A DNA stretch of 64,000 nucleotides, from assembly GCA_951406725.2 (NCBI GenBank), contig OX597818.1:66340001-66404000 (forward strand), read 5' to 3'. The position numbers and the translations under genes are program-made. Each line of letters starts with the position of its first letter. Position 1 is the first letter of the stretch. Source of the stretch: Octopus vulgaris (Eukaryota). This document shows, in pieces, positions 28,213 to 43,097 of the stretch. The notes under the pieces were generated by a model, which worked only from the letters and a program-made list of their open reading frames with translations, searched no databases and had not been told where the DNA came from.

Positions 28213-28519
28213 CGTTAACTGCAGTCTGCTTAACCTTTTCGTATACATTCGGTTACGGAAGGACAATACTCCGCACTTGTGCTCCCGAGAGAAGAAATTC
28301 TCATGATAGGCAGTATGGATGTAAGAATACCCATGGATCATACAAAATGATGGCACAAGATACACGCTCCTCTGTGCAGTTATGCTTAATTACTTACATA
28401 TACCGAACTGCGGCTCATTTGCTTTAAGTACTTGTTGCTCTTATAATAGCAAATAATACAATTGATATTCCAATACACACGGGCGTATTTATTCTACTGC
28501 TGCGAAATGCCATCGCAAT

Positions 28520-28898
28520 GGAAGCACTCCGTCGGTTACGACGACGAGGGTTCCGGTTGATCCCAATCAACGGAACAGCCTGCTCGGGAAATTAACGTGT
28601 AAGTGGCTGAGCACTCCACAGACACGTGTACCCTTAACGTAGTTCTCAGGGATATTCAGCGTGACACAGAGAGTGACAAGGCCGGCCCTTTGAAATACAG
28701 GTACAACAGAAACAGGACTTAAGAGTGAAAGTTGTGGTGAAAGAGTACAGCCGGGATCACCACCATCCCTGCCGGTGCCTCGTGGAGCTTTAGGTGTTTT
28801 CGCTCAATAAACACTCACAACGCCCGGTCTGGGAATCGAAACCGCGATCCTACGACCGCGAGTCCGCTGCCCTAACCACTGGGCCATTGCACCTCCAC
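28520..28898 (-). mobile_element. SINE family C (tRNA-derived head), tail type 1, with 11-bp TSD
   Basis: Minus-strand head tggaggtgcaatggcccagtggttagggcagcggactcgcggtcgtaggatcgcggtttcgattccc; TSD gccatcgcaat at 28509-28519 and 28899-28909. Confidence 0.93.
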
Positions 28899-29038
28899 GC
28901 CATCGCAATATCCCTTGTATTTATTTCAACTGCAATAAACTGCCATTGGTGTTCATTTGATCGTCGGTACTTCGTAATGAATGCCAAGCCTTTGATACCA
29001 ACAGCATGGAGGCAAGAGAATGTCGCTTTATTTCAGTA

Positions 29039-29433
29039 CTAGCAGTATCGCCCGGTGTTGCTCGGGTTTGTAAGGGAAAAAACTATATAAGCATTTTTAG
29101 AGAGTTATAGCCAAAAAAATAGCAAAAAATGCATTAAAATGGAAAAGGAATGATGGCAATTTTTTTTTAAATCGTTGACTCATCGTAGACATTTTTAGAG
29201 AGTTACTTCGCTTATATAATAGCGAAAAAAATGCATTAAAATGGAAAAAATGATAGTAAATGTTTTTTAAATCGTAGACTCATCGTAGACGCGCGCTAAT
29301 ACCCAGAAGGGCTCGATATGAATTACGACTATAAGATATCCGGTTTTGGTTAAACTGCACCAAAAAATGTGGGAGTAGTTAGGAATCTAAATCGTAGGAG
29401 ACTGACACAGAACTTGACTTTTATATATAAAGA
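29039..29433 (-). mobile_element. non-autonomous Helitron
   Basis: Minus strand: A|TCtttatatataaaag ... hairpin cccgagcaacaccggg ... gatactgCTAG|T. No TSD; homologous to 62480-62852. Confidence 0.88.
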
Positions 29434-29544
29434 TATGTTTTTCTTTAGCAACCCAATACGAAAAAAGCAGACAACTCACAAAATCTCACATAATAAAAGG
29501 GAACATGAATCTATTCAGCGTAATGATCCTGGCTAGATTTAATC

Positions 29545-29985
29545 GTTTATCGTTTAATATTTCAGCCGTTAGGTTGTGATCATGCTGCCGAAGCGACTTT
29601 AAGAATTTTAGTCGAACCTATCGTCACCGGTACTTTTTAAAGCTTAGTAATTTATCTATCAGTTTCTTTTCCCGAACCGCCAAGTTACAAGGGTAGATAC
29701 ACACCAACAACGGTTGTATACCGGTGCTGCGGATGTAACACAGAAATAAATGCGTGTACGTGTGCATACACATAGTTACACACACACACACACACACACA
29801 TAAACACACACACACATACATACACACACAGAGAGAAACATAAGCACATAATACAGCGGGCTTTCAATTTCCATTTACCAAATACATTCAGAGTGCCCTG
29901 GCTGGTCCGAGACTCATTAGAAGACGCTTGCCGAAGATGCGACGCAGTAGGACGGAAGCTGGAACAATATGGACGGTGAGCAAGA
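29545..29985 (-). mobile_element. degraded SINE family A
   Basis: catgctgccgaagcgacttt...gaaccgccaagttac...acaccaacaacggttgt...ctttcaatttcc...gaagacgcttgccgaagatgcgacgcagt. Confidence 0.78.
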
Positions 29986-32499
29986 ATATAGTCTTCATTG
30001 TAGTTGCAAATATAGATTTCTTTACCGTAAAAATCTTAGATTTCTGGTGTGCGAATCTCCCCCACTACTGCTCTTCTTTTAAAGTTTTCAAGTATATCTT
30101 TTTGTTCGGCAACAATAACAAGGTAATTATTACTTAGCATAAAATTTGCTGCAAGATGGCAGTTGGTTATAAAACTGTTTACGCTCCGATTGTTTATCAA
30201 TCGCACATATTCGACGACCATCACGACTCTCTTCATCCATCGAGCTGATCATATAATATATACATTCCAGCCTCCTCTATCACTACCCTTTTCCAACCCT
30301 CTTGATAAGAGTTTATATATCTACATCTCGTACCTTTATTATTATTTAACATCATTTCTTTTGCCGCACCTTTGCTTATGTTGCTCCATCCTAATATTTC
30401 TCACTCGTCACCTTTCTCTATTAACTCTTCTTCACTGATTTTTCCTGCTACTGCACTCTTCTTTTGTATGTATCTTGCTTTCTCTTATAAAGTTGCGTTA
30501 TTTTTCTTCAGATAACAAGAAACCATTACAAAGGAAGATTGCATTTAGCTTTCGATAGAAACATTGAGTCTGTATAATTTATGAAATGATGTATAATTCG
30601 AGGAATGGCTTGTTAGGTTTTCAAATTTTACTTTCTGAATACACATCATTTAGACAGACACCACCAAAATAATACAAAACACTAACATAAGCGCACGGCT
30701 ACAAACATACACACATACCCACACATAACCACAGACACTCATACCCTTATATACTATGTTTAAAATCATTACCATTCATAATTATAATTATATCTTTTCT
30801 ATGCAAGAAAACGACGGATATTGCTTTTTTCTGACTGTTTAGTAATTTATAAATGAGTGAATTTAATATTTAATGTTTAAGGATTTTATTTTGCGGCTAA
30901 ATTATAGAAAGCGCAACACATAAGTCTGATATAAGCTGTTTATAGGAATTTACTATTTGCAGAATAACATATCGGTTTTATATAATTAGATTAAAGATCT
31001 GAGAGATTTTAGTTAAAAGCAATACGTTGGCTTATTAATGTATCTCTTTCTATGTTGTTTATCAAATGTGTGATTGTAAAAGACAAAACGACGACAAAGC
31101 GATTTTCCCTAGACAGATTGTAGGGAAGACATAATTGAATATGAATTATGATATTTTACAATTTATTTCCCATCAACACATTTGTTATAATAATCTACAT
31201 TGATAATTTGATGTAAACATATTAGTACACAACCATCAAGAGAATTTCCCAGTTTGTGTGCTGAAAGAAAGACAAAAGTAAACGTATATGAAACACCCTA
31301 TTATCACAATTACGAAGAGTGAGCGTAGAATTCTCACAAGAAGAAAATGGAAGCGGATAAAGAAAATAGTAATGCATAAATCAATAAGTGTGATATTTGT
31401 TCTTTAAATGTTAGAATAATACAAGATTTCACTGAAAATGATCAGTAATTCTCTGCAGACACGAACAATTATTGCAAAAATATTATAAATATTTCATACA
31501 TGAAAAATCTATATTCTTTGTTCATATATTTGATATTGCAAACACACAATTCAACACATTTATCTATTATTTACGCCTGATATTTGTTAGTTTGTTTCAA
31601 ATATGTTTTGTCTTCTGTTTACCATCACAACATTACCCCAAAATTAAATCAAAGAAACTTATTTTCAGTAAAACAAGATGAATAAGAAATGAGAGTTATG
31701 AGAAGAGATATAACATCAGAGATATTCTGAGATATGTGAATAGAAATCAATTATCATAGCGTAGTTCTTGACATTACACTGTAATTGAGTACTGACTTGC
31801 AGCGTTGTTTCACACTTGTCAGTGTATAACAGTGCCCACGCGATACAAGAATATATATACCTACACATATACATACATACATGCATATATACATTTAACA
31901 TAGCATGGTGTCAGTCATTTAGGTATAAAGTGAATACTTATCTTTCATCTAAAAAAAGTCAATTCCTTTAAAGATTTGCTATTCATACTGTCCTCGTCGA
32001 TAAACGTTATCGGAGATTAAAGGAGAAGGAACAGCAATTTAAACAAGATCAGATCAGCAGTCACTGGGTGAAAATCAACTGAATACAATTTATGGAAGTG
32101 CCACTACTTACACCATGATTGCTCAGGAAATGGGTTAACTATTGCAGGTCACGCAACCATTCAGAGAAATTTATGTCGGCCTTTGATATATCTGTCGAAA
32201 TATTCGTTTGAGTAATTAACACCTGGGCAACACGGTAAAGGAAATACACAGTTTAAGTTCTGGGATCGGTGGAAGGAATGAGAATAAGTACTACCAGCCC
32301 TAGTTTTATCTATAAGATGAAAGGATTTAGGAAAGGTGTTTGGAATGGGTAAGCTTTCTAATTTAGTATTAAGAAGAATGAACTTGTCGAACAGACAAAA
32401 AATATCGATGCTAATAGCTTTCCGTTTCGACTCCCCAATGACGGATGCTAAAATAGATTGAAATTGACGACAATATGTCATACATTGTCACAGTTTATA

Positions 32500-33300
32500 A
32501 ATGTAGATCGGAAAGAAATATATCAACAGATTTCGGAATAAATGGGCGAATGTCAGAAATGCCTATATCTACAGAAAATATTTTCAGTGCTAGGGTAAAA
32601 CTTTTCGGGTTTTAATCTAGACACTTGAGGGAATCTGGAACTTCCATGTCAGGATTAGAAAAATAGTAAAATATATTTGAGACTTCAGACATCCACAGCA
32701 ACACTAACATAACATAGTTTAAATGGAGTTGTGGATGCCGGGACAAACATTTCTCTAGACTGCTTGGAGTGGAGAATGCTAATAAAGAAAGAATGTAATA
32801 AAAAAGAATGAGCGCATCTCGGGGAAACTCAACTGAGAGGCAACAATATCATTCGATTAGATAAACTATTCTTGTATATTTATCATGAGTATAGAGTATA
32901 GAGTAAGATAAGTAGAATCGGTTGCATTGAATCCAACGTTAATAGCACCTGCGCCATGTTAACTGAGAACGCTACATTTTCCTGTCAGGGAACAAGATAG
33001 AAATACAACACATTTTAACAAAAAGAGAGATAAGAGTGCTTCAAGTAATTTACATCAGAATACAAAATGTCGCTTGTGCAATAGTAATCAGAATCTGTCT
33101 TAAATCATTCGTAAGATATTCACTTCCCGTTAAAAGTAAGAGAGCATTTAGAAGTCATGTAGAAAACTCCTACTGATTGGACGTGCCAAGATGCCATACC
33201 AAATCCACCCCAAAACTAGAATATTCCCAAGCATTTAGCAACATAGAGAATTGGTGAGACATTCCTATAAACACTCAAGAAGAACGTTATCTTATAGGTA
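32500..33300 (+). mobile_element. possible very old R4/Dong-type relic
   Basis: Only gaacaagat (EQD) and aaatgtcgcttgtgcaatagtaatcagaatct (KCRLCNSNQ, start of a CCHC knuckle) are recognisable. Confidence 0.3.
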
Positions 33301-33629
33301 ACAGGGGCGCATGGGGAAAAGAAACTGTCTATGGAGAACAAATCAAAGAACTATACACCTTGTACTTTTGGTTGTTTTTTTCTTATATTCTAGTGCCACT
33401 GCGCAAGCCACAAGAAAGTTACATAGAAAAGAAATATAGAAACACACACACAAACACAAATACTTAATAAATTCACATACCGCAAGACAAAAGGCCTGTA
33501 TCTATGTAAGTAAAAGCATATACCAATTACGTGTGGCCTACTTGAATTCTACGAAGGGAAATATAATAAATGAATGTTAAAGAATAAAACATACGTATAC
33601 ATTATACATATACCCATATATATGTAAAT

Positions 33630-33695
<66 letters not shown>

Positions 33696-33700
33696 ATGCG

Positions 33701-33736
<36 letters not shown>

Positions 33737-34010
33737 TTTGAGTATGTACACATTTGTGGCCATGTCAAACAGATCGCGTCTGGCGTAACATCGGTATGTT
33801 ATTTAAACTATATTGCCGATTAATAAAATACCCTTTATAACAGCACGGATTCATTTTTCACTAGCTGCCATGTGGTATTTATAATAATATATGGCTCATA
33901 AATTATGCATAGCTCTAAACATCTTATCTGCGCATGTAATGAACTTTATATCATATTTTTTGAACTCATTAAGAAAACGTTGATGTTGGTTTCAAATGAT
34001 TGCACAAAGC

Positions 34011-34885
<875 letters not shown>

Positions 34886-34889
34886 TATA

Positions 34890-35650
34890 GTGCTTTCAGA
34901 CTCGCTTTTCAGTGTCCCTTTCTTCAGCTAATCCTACCAATTTTCCAGCAATATGGCACTGATTCCGTAGCCGCTTATTGCGTTATTCTTTTCCATGTCC
35001 TTTTTTGTACTTTCTCCTTTGTTTTCCCCATTTTCGGCATTCAATAATCCAGCATTCCGAACTGACATTATCAGCTGTCCATTCTTTGTGATATTTTCCT
35101 CTGTAAGCCCCCGAGTTCGATACTTACACAGTTTTCCCCACTTATCTGTCCCCTTCTTCCATCGTCTCCCTTCCTGTATGGGTGATTGGTGTCTGCGCGT
35201 GAATGACAGGTTCACTGTATCGTTAGGAGATTTCTTGTTTTCCTATCCAACTTCTTTAGCTCCTTCCTTGTCTAACTCTGAATTCCAGCGCCTTACAGAA
35301 CTCCTGAAACTGCGCACGAGTTCCGTACCGAAATTACGTTCCTGATATTCGGCTTTGAAGCCAATAATTTTATCATTCTTCGCAAGCACTCTCTTTTTGT
35401 CTTTCCTTTCACATCGTTGTGTTTAATTCCATCTGCCTCTAGTATTCGCTGACATTTATTACCGGATTTAGGTTCAATTGCCTTCATTATTTCGCCACTT
35501 GACATCCACATGCCTGCTCTCCTGACAAGCTTTCCATCGTAGCAGATTTTGAGAGTCCAAAATCAATCTTGATATAATTCGAAACGATCCGCACAGAATA
35601 ATTTATGAAGCAGTTTTTTTATTCTGGTTGGGTTCAAACAAGCTGTTCTA
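34890..35650 (-). mobile_element. R4/Dong-clade RT relic (degraded)
   Basis: GEIMKAIE...ILEADGIKHNDVKGKTKRECLRRMIKLLASKPNIRNVISVRNSCAVS aligns with 16108-16500; lies about 150 bp from a long (ATT)n. Confidence 0.72.
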
Positions 35651-35801
35651 CTTGAATTACTTATTTCTTACGTCATATCTTTCCAGTTTGAACTTGATTG
35701 TCACTAATCTTTCTTTCAATTCTTCCAATATCACATCATGCATTTTATCTTTTATTCTATATGTTATTTCAAGTCAAATTCTTTCATTCTACAAATTTCC
35801 A

Positions 35802-36200
<399 letters not shown>

Positions 36201-36417
36201 GGTGAGCTGGCAGAATCGTTAGCGCGCTGGACGAAACGTTTAAGCATATTTCGACCGTCGCTACGTACTGAGTTCAAATTCCGCCGAGATAGACTTTGCC
36301 TTTTTTTTCCTTACGGGTTCGATAAACTAAGTACGATTTGAACTCGGGTGGGTCGATGTAATCGACTCAACCCCTTACCCAAAACTGCTACCCTTATAGC
36401 AAAGTTTGAAACCATTT
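36201..36417 (+). mobile_element. SINE family B
   Basis: ggtgagctggcagaatcgttagcgcg...gagttcaaattccgccgag...gggttcgataaactaagtac...gtcgatgtaatcgac. Confidence 0.85.
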
Positions 36418-37341
36418 TTATGATTATTTATAGTTTTATCATCATCATCATCATCATCATCATCAATATGGTAGTTCTTGTTTTGCAAAAATGGGTAGTA
36501 AACGCAATGGCTATGATTAATATGTCATCTGGTGTATTACGCATGGATGCAGGAATCCCCAAATGGATGCTGTAGTTTAATAAATAGTTAGCATTGTATT
36601 AATGCTCAAATTATTCCTTTCACATGTTCTACTATAATCCATTATTTGTTGCTTATTTCCGCTGTCTTTGCATTCGGTTCTTATTCAGCGTACATTTGAG
36701 TGCACACGACAATATGCAGAAAAAACCGTAAATGAATTTTGCCGTTTAATATCTCTCATTCATGAAGTCACACGTGATATATCGAAACATATCCATGAAA
36801 ATAATTGGCACGGCCTAATGCTGATATTATTATTAACATTTTTATGCCTTCCTCCAGCACATATTATTTTGTTATACAATGCCTGTCCGAAGATATGGAC
36901 GCTAAAAAGATGTTCTCAGTTCTTTATTACTGCTATCTACGTGCTTCAGGGATTACGTGACTTTCTGATTTACTAAAATGTACAGCTATATATACCATGA
37001 ATTGCATTGGTGGGAAGGCAGGTTTATATCTTTAGTAGGCTCTGTAAATCAATGCAATTAACAGATGTAAAATACATATTAAACATAGTGCTAATCACTT
37101 ACTCTATGCAAATTGATAGCTACCATTTCTTTGCAGTTTCTGGGTTTCTTTTGGCTACTTGCTTCTCTGGGGCTAATCTAATTAACGTAGATATCTCTGT
37201 TGAGAGCCAAATTTGGTTCGGAAGTCACTTAAGCTTATTATTCATTTTTTTTCGATCAATGCAGAAATATATCTCCACTGAATAGGATACATATAACTAT
37301 ATGATACAGTGAAAAGGCTGTGTTCAAAGATATTCCAGGAC

Positions 37342-37557
37342 GGCGAGATGGCAGAATCGTTAGTGCGTAGGACGAAATGCTTAACGGTATTTCGTCTGTG
37401 GCTACGTTCTAAGTTCAAATTACGCTGAGGTCGACTTTGCCATTCCTCATTTCGGGGTCGATAAATTAATTACCAGTGAAATATTGGGGTCGGTGCATTC
37501 GACTAGTTCCTTCACCCAAAGTTTCAAGGCCTTGTGCCTTTATTAGAAAGGATTATT
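37342..37557 (+). mobile_element. SINE family B
   Basis: ggcgagatggcagaatcgttagtgcg...gttcaaatt...gtcgactttgcc...ggggtcgataaattaattaccag...ggccttgtgcc. Confidence 0.88.
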
Positions 37558-37762
37558 CAAAGAAAATTAGAAATAAATAGCCATTTCGTTTCATTTCATA
37601 TCTATAAATCTAAGAGTGTTTCAAGTGCAAAGGTTGTAAGGAAAATGATAAGCTTAACTCACCTTCGGATATGTAAATTCAAAATGTACCCATATCAATA
37701 ATCCATATTTTGCCGTTAATTAATTAATTAAATATTACACACTTATATATTCAGCTATGTTA

Positions 37763-37982
37763 AGGCGGCGTGCTGGCCGAGACATTAGCATGACAGGCGC
37801 AATGTTTACCAGTATTTCGTTTGTCTTTAAGTCCTGAGTTCAAATTCCGCCGAATTCGACTTTGCTTTTCATCCTTTCGGGGTTGATACATTAAGTACCA
37901 GTTGCTTACTGGAGTCGATCCAATCGAATGGCCTCCTTCTTCAAAATTTCGGGCCTTGTGCCTAGAGTAGAAAAGAATGTAT
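37763..37982 (+). mobile_element. SINE family B
   Basis: aggcggcgtgctggccgagac...gagttcaaattccgccg...ctttcatcctttcggggttgatacattaagtaccag...ggccttgtgcctagagtagaaaagaat. Confidence 0.88.
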
Positions 37983-40539
37983 TCCATATGTTTTAACTTA
38001 TATTTAACGACTGGCACATTAATATAACGAAAATGGGTAAAGTTAATTTAATTATTCTTTTAAATTTTGTGTTGAATCAAAAGGAAATGCTGATGGAGGC
38101 TACTAAGAAAATGCACCGAGCCGTGGGAATCTATTTGTGAAGACGTACACAGTAGGAAAAGATATTGAATAAAACAAGAGGAATTCTTCAATGCTTCGTC
38201 ATGTAGTATAGTTTAGTCAGGTAAACATATTTCCCCTTTGATAAATTCTTGGAAACCTTGATGCGAAAAACATGTAAGTGAAGTTCTATAACGTTTATAC
38301 AGCTTCAAAATTGATGGCGAATAGTTGTTTGTTCCTTTTATTCTCATTATAAACCTTCTGTAAATCACGCAACAAAGAAATTAGAGCGTATGTCTAGAAA
38401 ACCTATCATACTTTGCACGGCCATTGACATAGCGCTAGTGAACTTAAGCAGATTGTAAAATTGCCTTCCAAATGTTGATGCATATATCGCTGTATTGCAG
38501 CTTCTCGGCACCATTATATTTTCAGCGATGCACACCATGTGTTTTCTGTAGAAAATTCTAAACGCAGCAGGATATTTGAAGATTCTCTCACACACCATTT
38601 TAACCAGGAATAAAGGAATTTGACTTAGGTTCTTAGTTATTTGCACACTCAATTTAGCATTGGTAGTTAAGTATATAATTTATATGGAATTTAAAATATT
38701 TTAAACGCTTAAAATGGCCACTTCTGTGTAGAAATGAATGCAGCAACCAAATTCTTGAGCTTCGGCTTAGGCCTTAGTATAGGTAGGTTATAATACTGTG
38801 AAACATACTTTTCGGTTTAGAATTTAGGAAGAATGCTTTGGCACCGGAAAATTTGTCACCAGATTTATGCACGATTCAATTGTATTGCTAACAAGAGTTA
38901 TACTACTCACGCAATTCCCTCCTCTCTCTCTCTCTCTCTCTTTCTTCTCACTCACTCTGTCACTTTCTTGCTCACACGCACGCGCACGCCCCCCCCTCTC
39001 TCTTACACAAACACGCGCGAGTGTATATTCGCTGAACTTACGACTAGCATTTTCATCCCCATTGCCTTTAGCATAATTTATATTAAAACACAATTGTGTT
39101 CCAGTTTCAGAATCGTTGTCTATTTCGCTGCTTTCGCACTTTAGTCGCACATTAAACCATTATTGATGCATTTTATTACCCTCAGCACCCAAAGGATTTA
39201 CAAGCTTTAACGGTGAAAATTGGCAAATATATTTGTAGCAATGTCAATAAAGTTATGTCGTGTACAATCACATACATACTGAATCAACCAGTTATTAGAG
39301 ATTCCATTCTGATAGCACCTATGCTTCTATAAAGGAAGACATGTCTACATTGATATTACGATTTTCTCGACTGACTAAAAGATTGTTTATGCCTATCTCA
39401 ATATATGGCTCTTTGTACGACTGTGTGTATATGTGTGTGTGAATATAAGTAATACTAATACATATGTTAACATACATAATGGTAAACAGAAAAGCAAATC
39501 TCACAAACATATCTCATGCGTTATTTGACACCCGCTAAGATAAATGTGTTATCTTCTTATCCACGAATTATAGTTATAAGCATACATTTCTAAATCTCTT
39601 TATCATTCCAGTGTTTCCTATCTGCAGTTTTCTTTGAATTAATCAAATAATATACAAAGGCACTAAAACATAGGTCAGCATTGCACAGTTTCCAGTTTAC
39701 CTGATATGAGTGCGAAAAATTGTATGCACATAGTTCATCATTTATCTGATATATATTTTAAATACATTTTATCCCCCCTTTTGTAACTGATCAAGCAAAT
39801 AAGAGATTTGTAATCATGGATAGATAACAATATAAACAAGTTGTATAATTGTATTTCACTCAACATACAATAATTTCGTAACAACAATTTGATAGCATTG
39901 AATGTATTGTATGAGAAATTGAATTTACTTTCTGTAGTTTTCGATATCTAAATCTATGCCATTGAACTTGAATATGAACAACATTTACGTCATAAATATT
40001 GGTAACTGTTCTGCAGGAAATGCATTTCCATAAAAAACAGGATGAAGTTCTATAGTCTATATATAGATATATGTCATTCTTTAAACAGTCTTTTTCTGAA
40101 TATTCTGGCTCAGGGCTATCAACACAATATAATATACGATACTATATACATATAGAGACTCGAGTTTAAAGTCATTTTCGTTCTAACAAGGGCAGAATTA
40201 TGATCAAAGATTCATTCAAAGTTAGCGCTGAGTTTTCTCTTTTAAGTTGCAGAGAGATATCTCTGGAAGGAGGAGATAGCGTAAAATCAGATTTATTTTG
40301 TTTCTGTAAATACTAATTAAAATGATACATCTTTCAACTAATACCCCTGGAATTATCATTAGAAACATTAATGATTTAGAATGGATGAAACCTGTCCAAT
40401 AATACACCATATGATCGATCTTAGCATGATCGATCCATTTTTGTGGGAATGGCGAAGCCAATGAATTAGAAGAAATGTCATTAATACATAAGCTTATGTG
40501 TGGATACATCTATCTTATGGTGTGTGTATGTATCTGTTT

Positions 40540-40592
<53 letters not shown>

Positions 40593-40776
40593 CACACAAA
40601 CACACAAAAGTGGTTAGTGCAATGCCCCGGAATAGCCGCAGGCTATTGACTGGAACAGCTCAAAGAATAATTATTAAAAAAACATTCATACATGCATACA
40701 TACACACATACATACGTACGTACATACATTCATACATACATACATACATACATACATACATACATACATACATACA

Positions 40777-40808
<32 letters not shown>

Positions 40809-41070
40809 CATAGGTATATGTGTGTGTTTCTGTGTGTGAGTGTGTGTGTCTGTGTGTATAAACGGAGACAGACAGATGGATATATAGGTATATACACATA
40901 TATTTAGACACATGCATGAATATGATTTTATGTATGCATACAGAAATGCATCACATAGACACACATACATAAATACATACATGCATTCATACATTCCTGT
41001 ATGTGTGTGTGCACGCATGCTTATGTATGTGTATGGAGGTGTGTGTGTGTGTGTGTATCTGTGTGTGTTG
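40540..41070. repeat. (CA)n, (CATA)n and (TG)n microsatellites
   Basis: Directly visible. Confidence 0.92.
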
Positions 41071-42744
41071 GTCAGCAAATGCGTGGTCAACAGATTTGAA
41101 ATTTTCCATAGGCGCGGTTCAACATATATTTTTATTTTGAGAGATTCATTCTGGTTCTGTGTGTCTCGTTTTCAAACATTGAGAGTTACTTTTTCGCAAA
41201 TTATCACAGAATTATGTCCCTTTCACTAAACTCTTGCTCGAAGCGACATTAGTACTATAGTTAAATGAAATATGGTGACAAGGGAAACATTTTACCGATG
41301 TGTCTACTCCATCCACGAAACTCGATTGTAGATCAAATATAGCATATGTTAGGTCTTTATGATTTCTAGAAACAGGTTTCATTTGACAAATGGTTGTAAA
41401 TTCTGGTCCAGTTGATTCTAATGGAATCTGACCGTTGTTATCTCCACATTAAGCAGCGCCCTACGTCCATTTCCCTTTGTAATGGTAAGAGAACGACTTC
41501 CCTTGGACAAAAGCCCAGTCAACTCAAGACAAATGCGTCACAATGACAGTTAAGTAATCATGAATGTCATCAATGCAACTATTTTACTGAGTTTAGAAAA
41601 GTTAAATAAATTCATTGCCCCGAAAATTAGTTATTGTTTAAAACTCATAATTTGTTCATAGCACTTCAGGATTTTCTTGCTAATATTGGCCTGGTACACA
41701 ATGCAAAGAGACCTGCATGCGTTACCTTTAGTGAATATGCAATAATCACAGGGCATATTGTGTCACCAATGGCGCACATAACAAAGATGAAGTTTATTCG
41801 CGGTATTTTGGTTTGTAGATTGGTAGTCGTAAGACGTCCTTCATGCAAGAGACTAAGTCGTCACTCCTCAATCAACTGTTTCTAAGCCAATGTGTTTGTG
41901 ATTTTCAGGTCTGATACGCAGAACATATTTTGATTATTCTTTATGGCACACAATGATGAAATACAATTAACAAAGTTGTATTGTTATTATATCCAACAGA
42001 ACTTCGATGAAGACTAAACATGGCACGTTACGTGAACATGAAAACTAAGAAAAGCAAAGAATGATTGTATTAGTTGTGCGGTGTTATTACACTGACCTAC
42101 CGATGACATCAGACTTCATATTTTCGAAATTCCTTTAAACTAATTACAGATAAAATCAGTCAATTTTATCAATTTTTGGCACTGTCAGATCACATAGATT
42201 TGAGTATCAACCAATTTTAGTGTTGGACATATTTTCTTCGTATAGCGTTATAAGATTTTTTTCATTTTGAACCGCTGAAGGAAGAACTCTTCTTCTACAT
42301 TCTTATATTTCCACGATGTATAACAAATACGAGTAAGGTTTTGCATTACAAGTTTACAGTTTGGATGCGCATTCATTTACTTATACAGCCATTTGACAGC
42401 AACCATGGTTGAAAGATATATAGTCGAAGAAATTGACCACAGGACTTATTCTCTCGCTCTCTTTTGCCGAACTGCAATGCTACGGCTATGTTCACACACC
42501 AATTTTGTACAAAATACAGTTTAGTTCTTTCAACCTAATCTGCGTAAGACCCGGGTTTCGCATCGCTCATGAAGCTGCGATTTGAGAAAGACAATTTGCT
42601 ATTGAAAAAAAAAAAATTGCAGGGGGAGATAATCGTAGGTTCATCTATTTTGCAGTAAAGGGGATGTAAATCTGTAATTTTTATTTTATTGTGTTTGTTT
42701 CCAAATTTAAATATTTTCAACCTCACACACACAAACACACACAC

Positions 42745-42832
<88 letters not shown>

Positions 42833-42837
42833 GAAGG

Positions 42838-42888
42838 AGCTTCTACAGGACTAGAACTGTTTCATTCCAGAGAAATCATCAGGAAGCT
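42838..42888 (-). ncRNA. type I hammerhead ribozyme motif (mirror copy)
   Basis: Minus strand agcttc-CTGATGA-tttctctggaat-GAAA-cagttctagtcctGTA-gaagct. Confidence 0.75.
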
Positions 42889-42935
42889 TCCTGATGATTT
42901 CTCTTGAATGAAACAGTTCTAGTCCTGTAGAAGCT
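42885..42935 (+). ncRNA. type I hammerhead ribozyme motif
   Basis: Stem I AGCUUC/GAAGCU; core CUGAUGA (42891-42897); stem II uUUC-UCUU-GAAu; GAAA; stem III ACAG/CUGU; GUA triplet, predicted cut after 42929. Confidence 0.75.
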
Positions 42936-43018
42936 CCTTCTATATAATAAATTAATTTTACTCTGCTATGTATTGAGTACCTTATTTACTGTGGTTAACC
43001 CCGAATCAACCCGGGACC

Positions 43019-43097
<79 letters not shown>

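Larger units (their letters stand above)
42824..43020. mobile_element. Penelope-pLTR/retrozyme-like insertion: 126-bp palindrome (42824-42949) plus ~70-bp tail, within (TA)n
   Basis: Palindrome centred on AAG|CTT with one mismatch (42868/42905); absent from the mirrored position in arm 2. Confidence 0.75.

Noticed and set aside
27562-28427. His/Thr and Cys/Val ORFs, and a possible ag..gtaag exon at ~27566-27740
   Set aside because: The ORFs are (GT)n translations; the candidate exon has stops in all three frames.
28820-28898. tRNA gene (also 52691-52765 and other SINE heads)
   Set aside because: A/B boxes are present but there is no proper acceptor stem, and the sequence continues into a SINE body with TSD.
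38900-39150. CpG-containing, (CT)n-flanked segment as a promoter (also 13080-13200)
   Set aside because: No downstream exon or diagnostic core-promoter arrangement can be supported.
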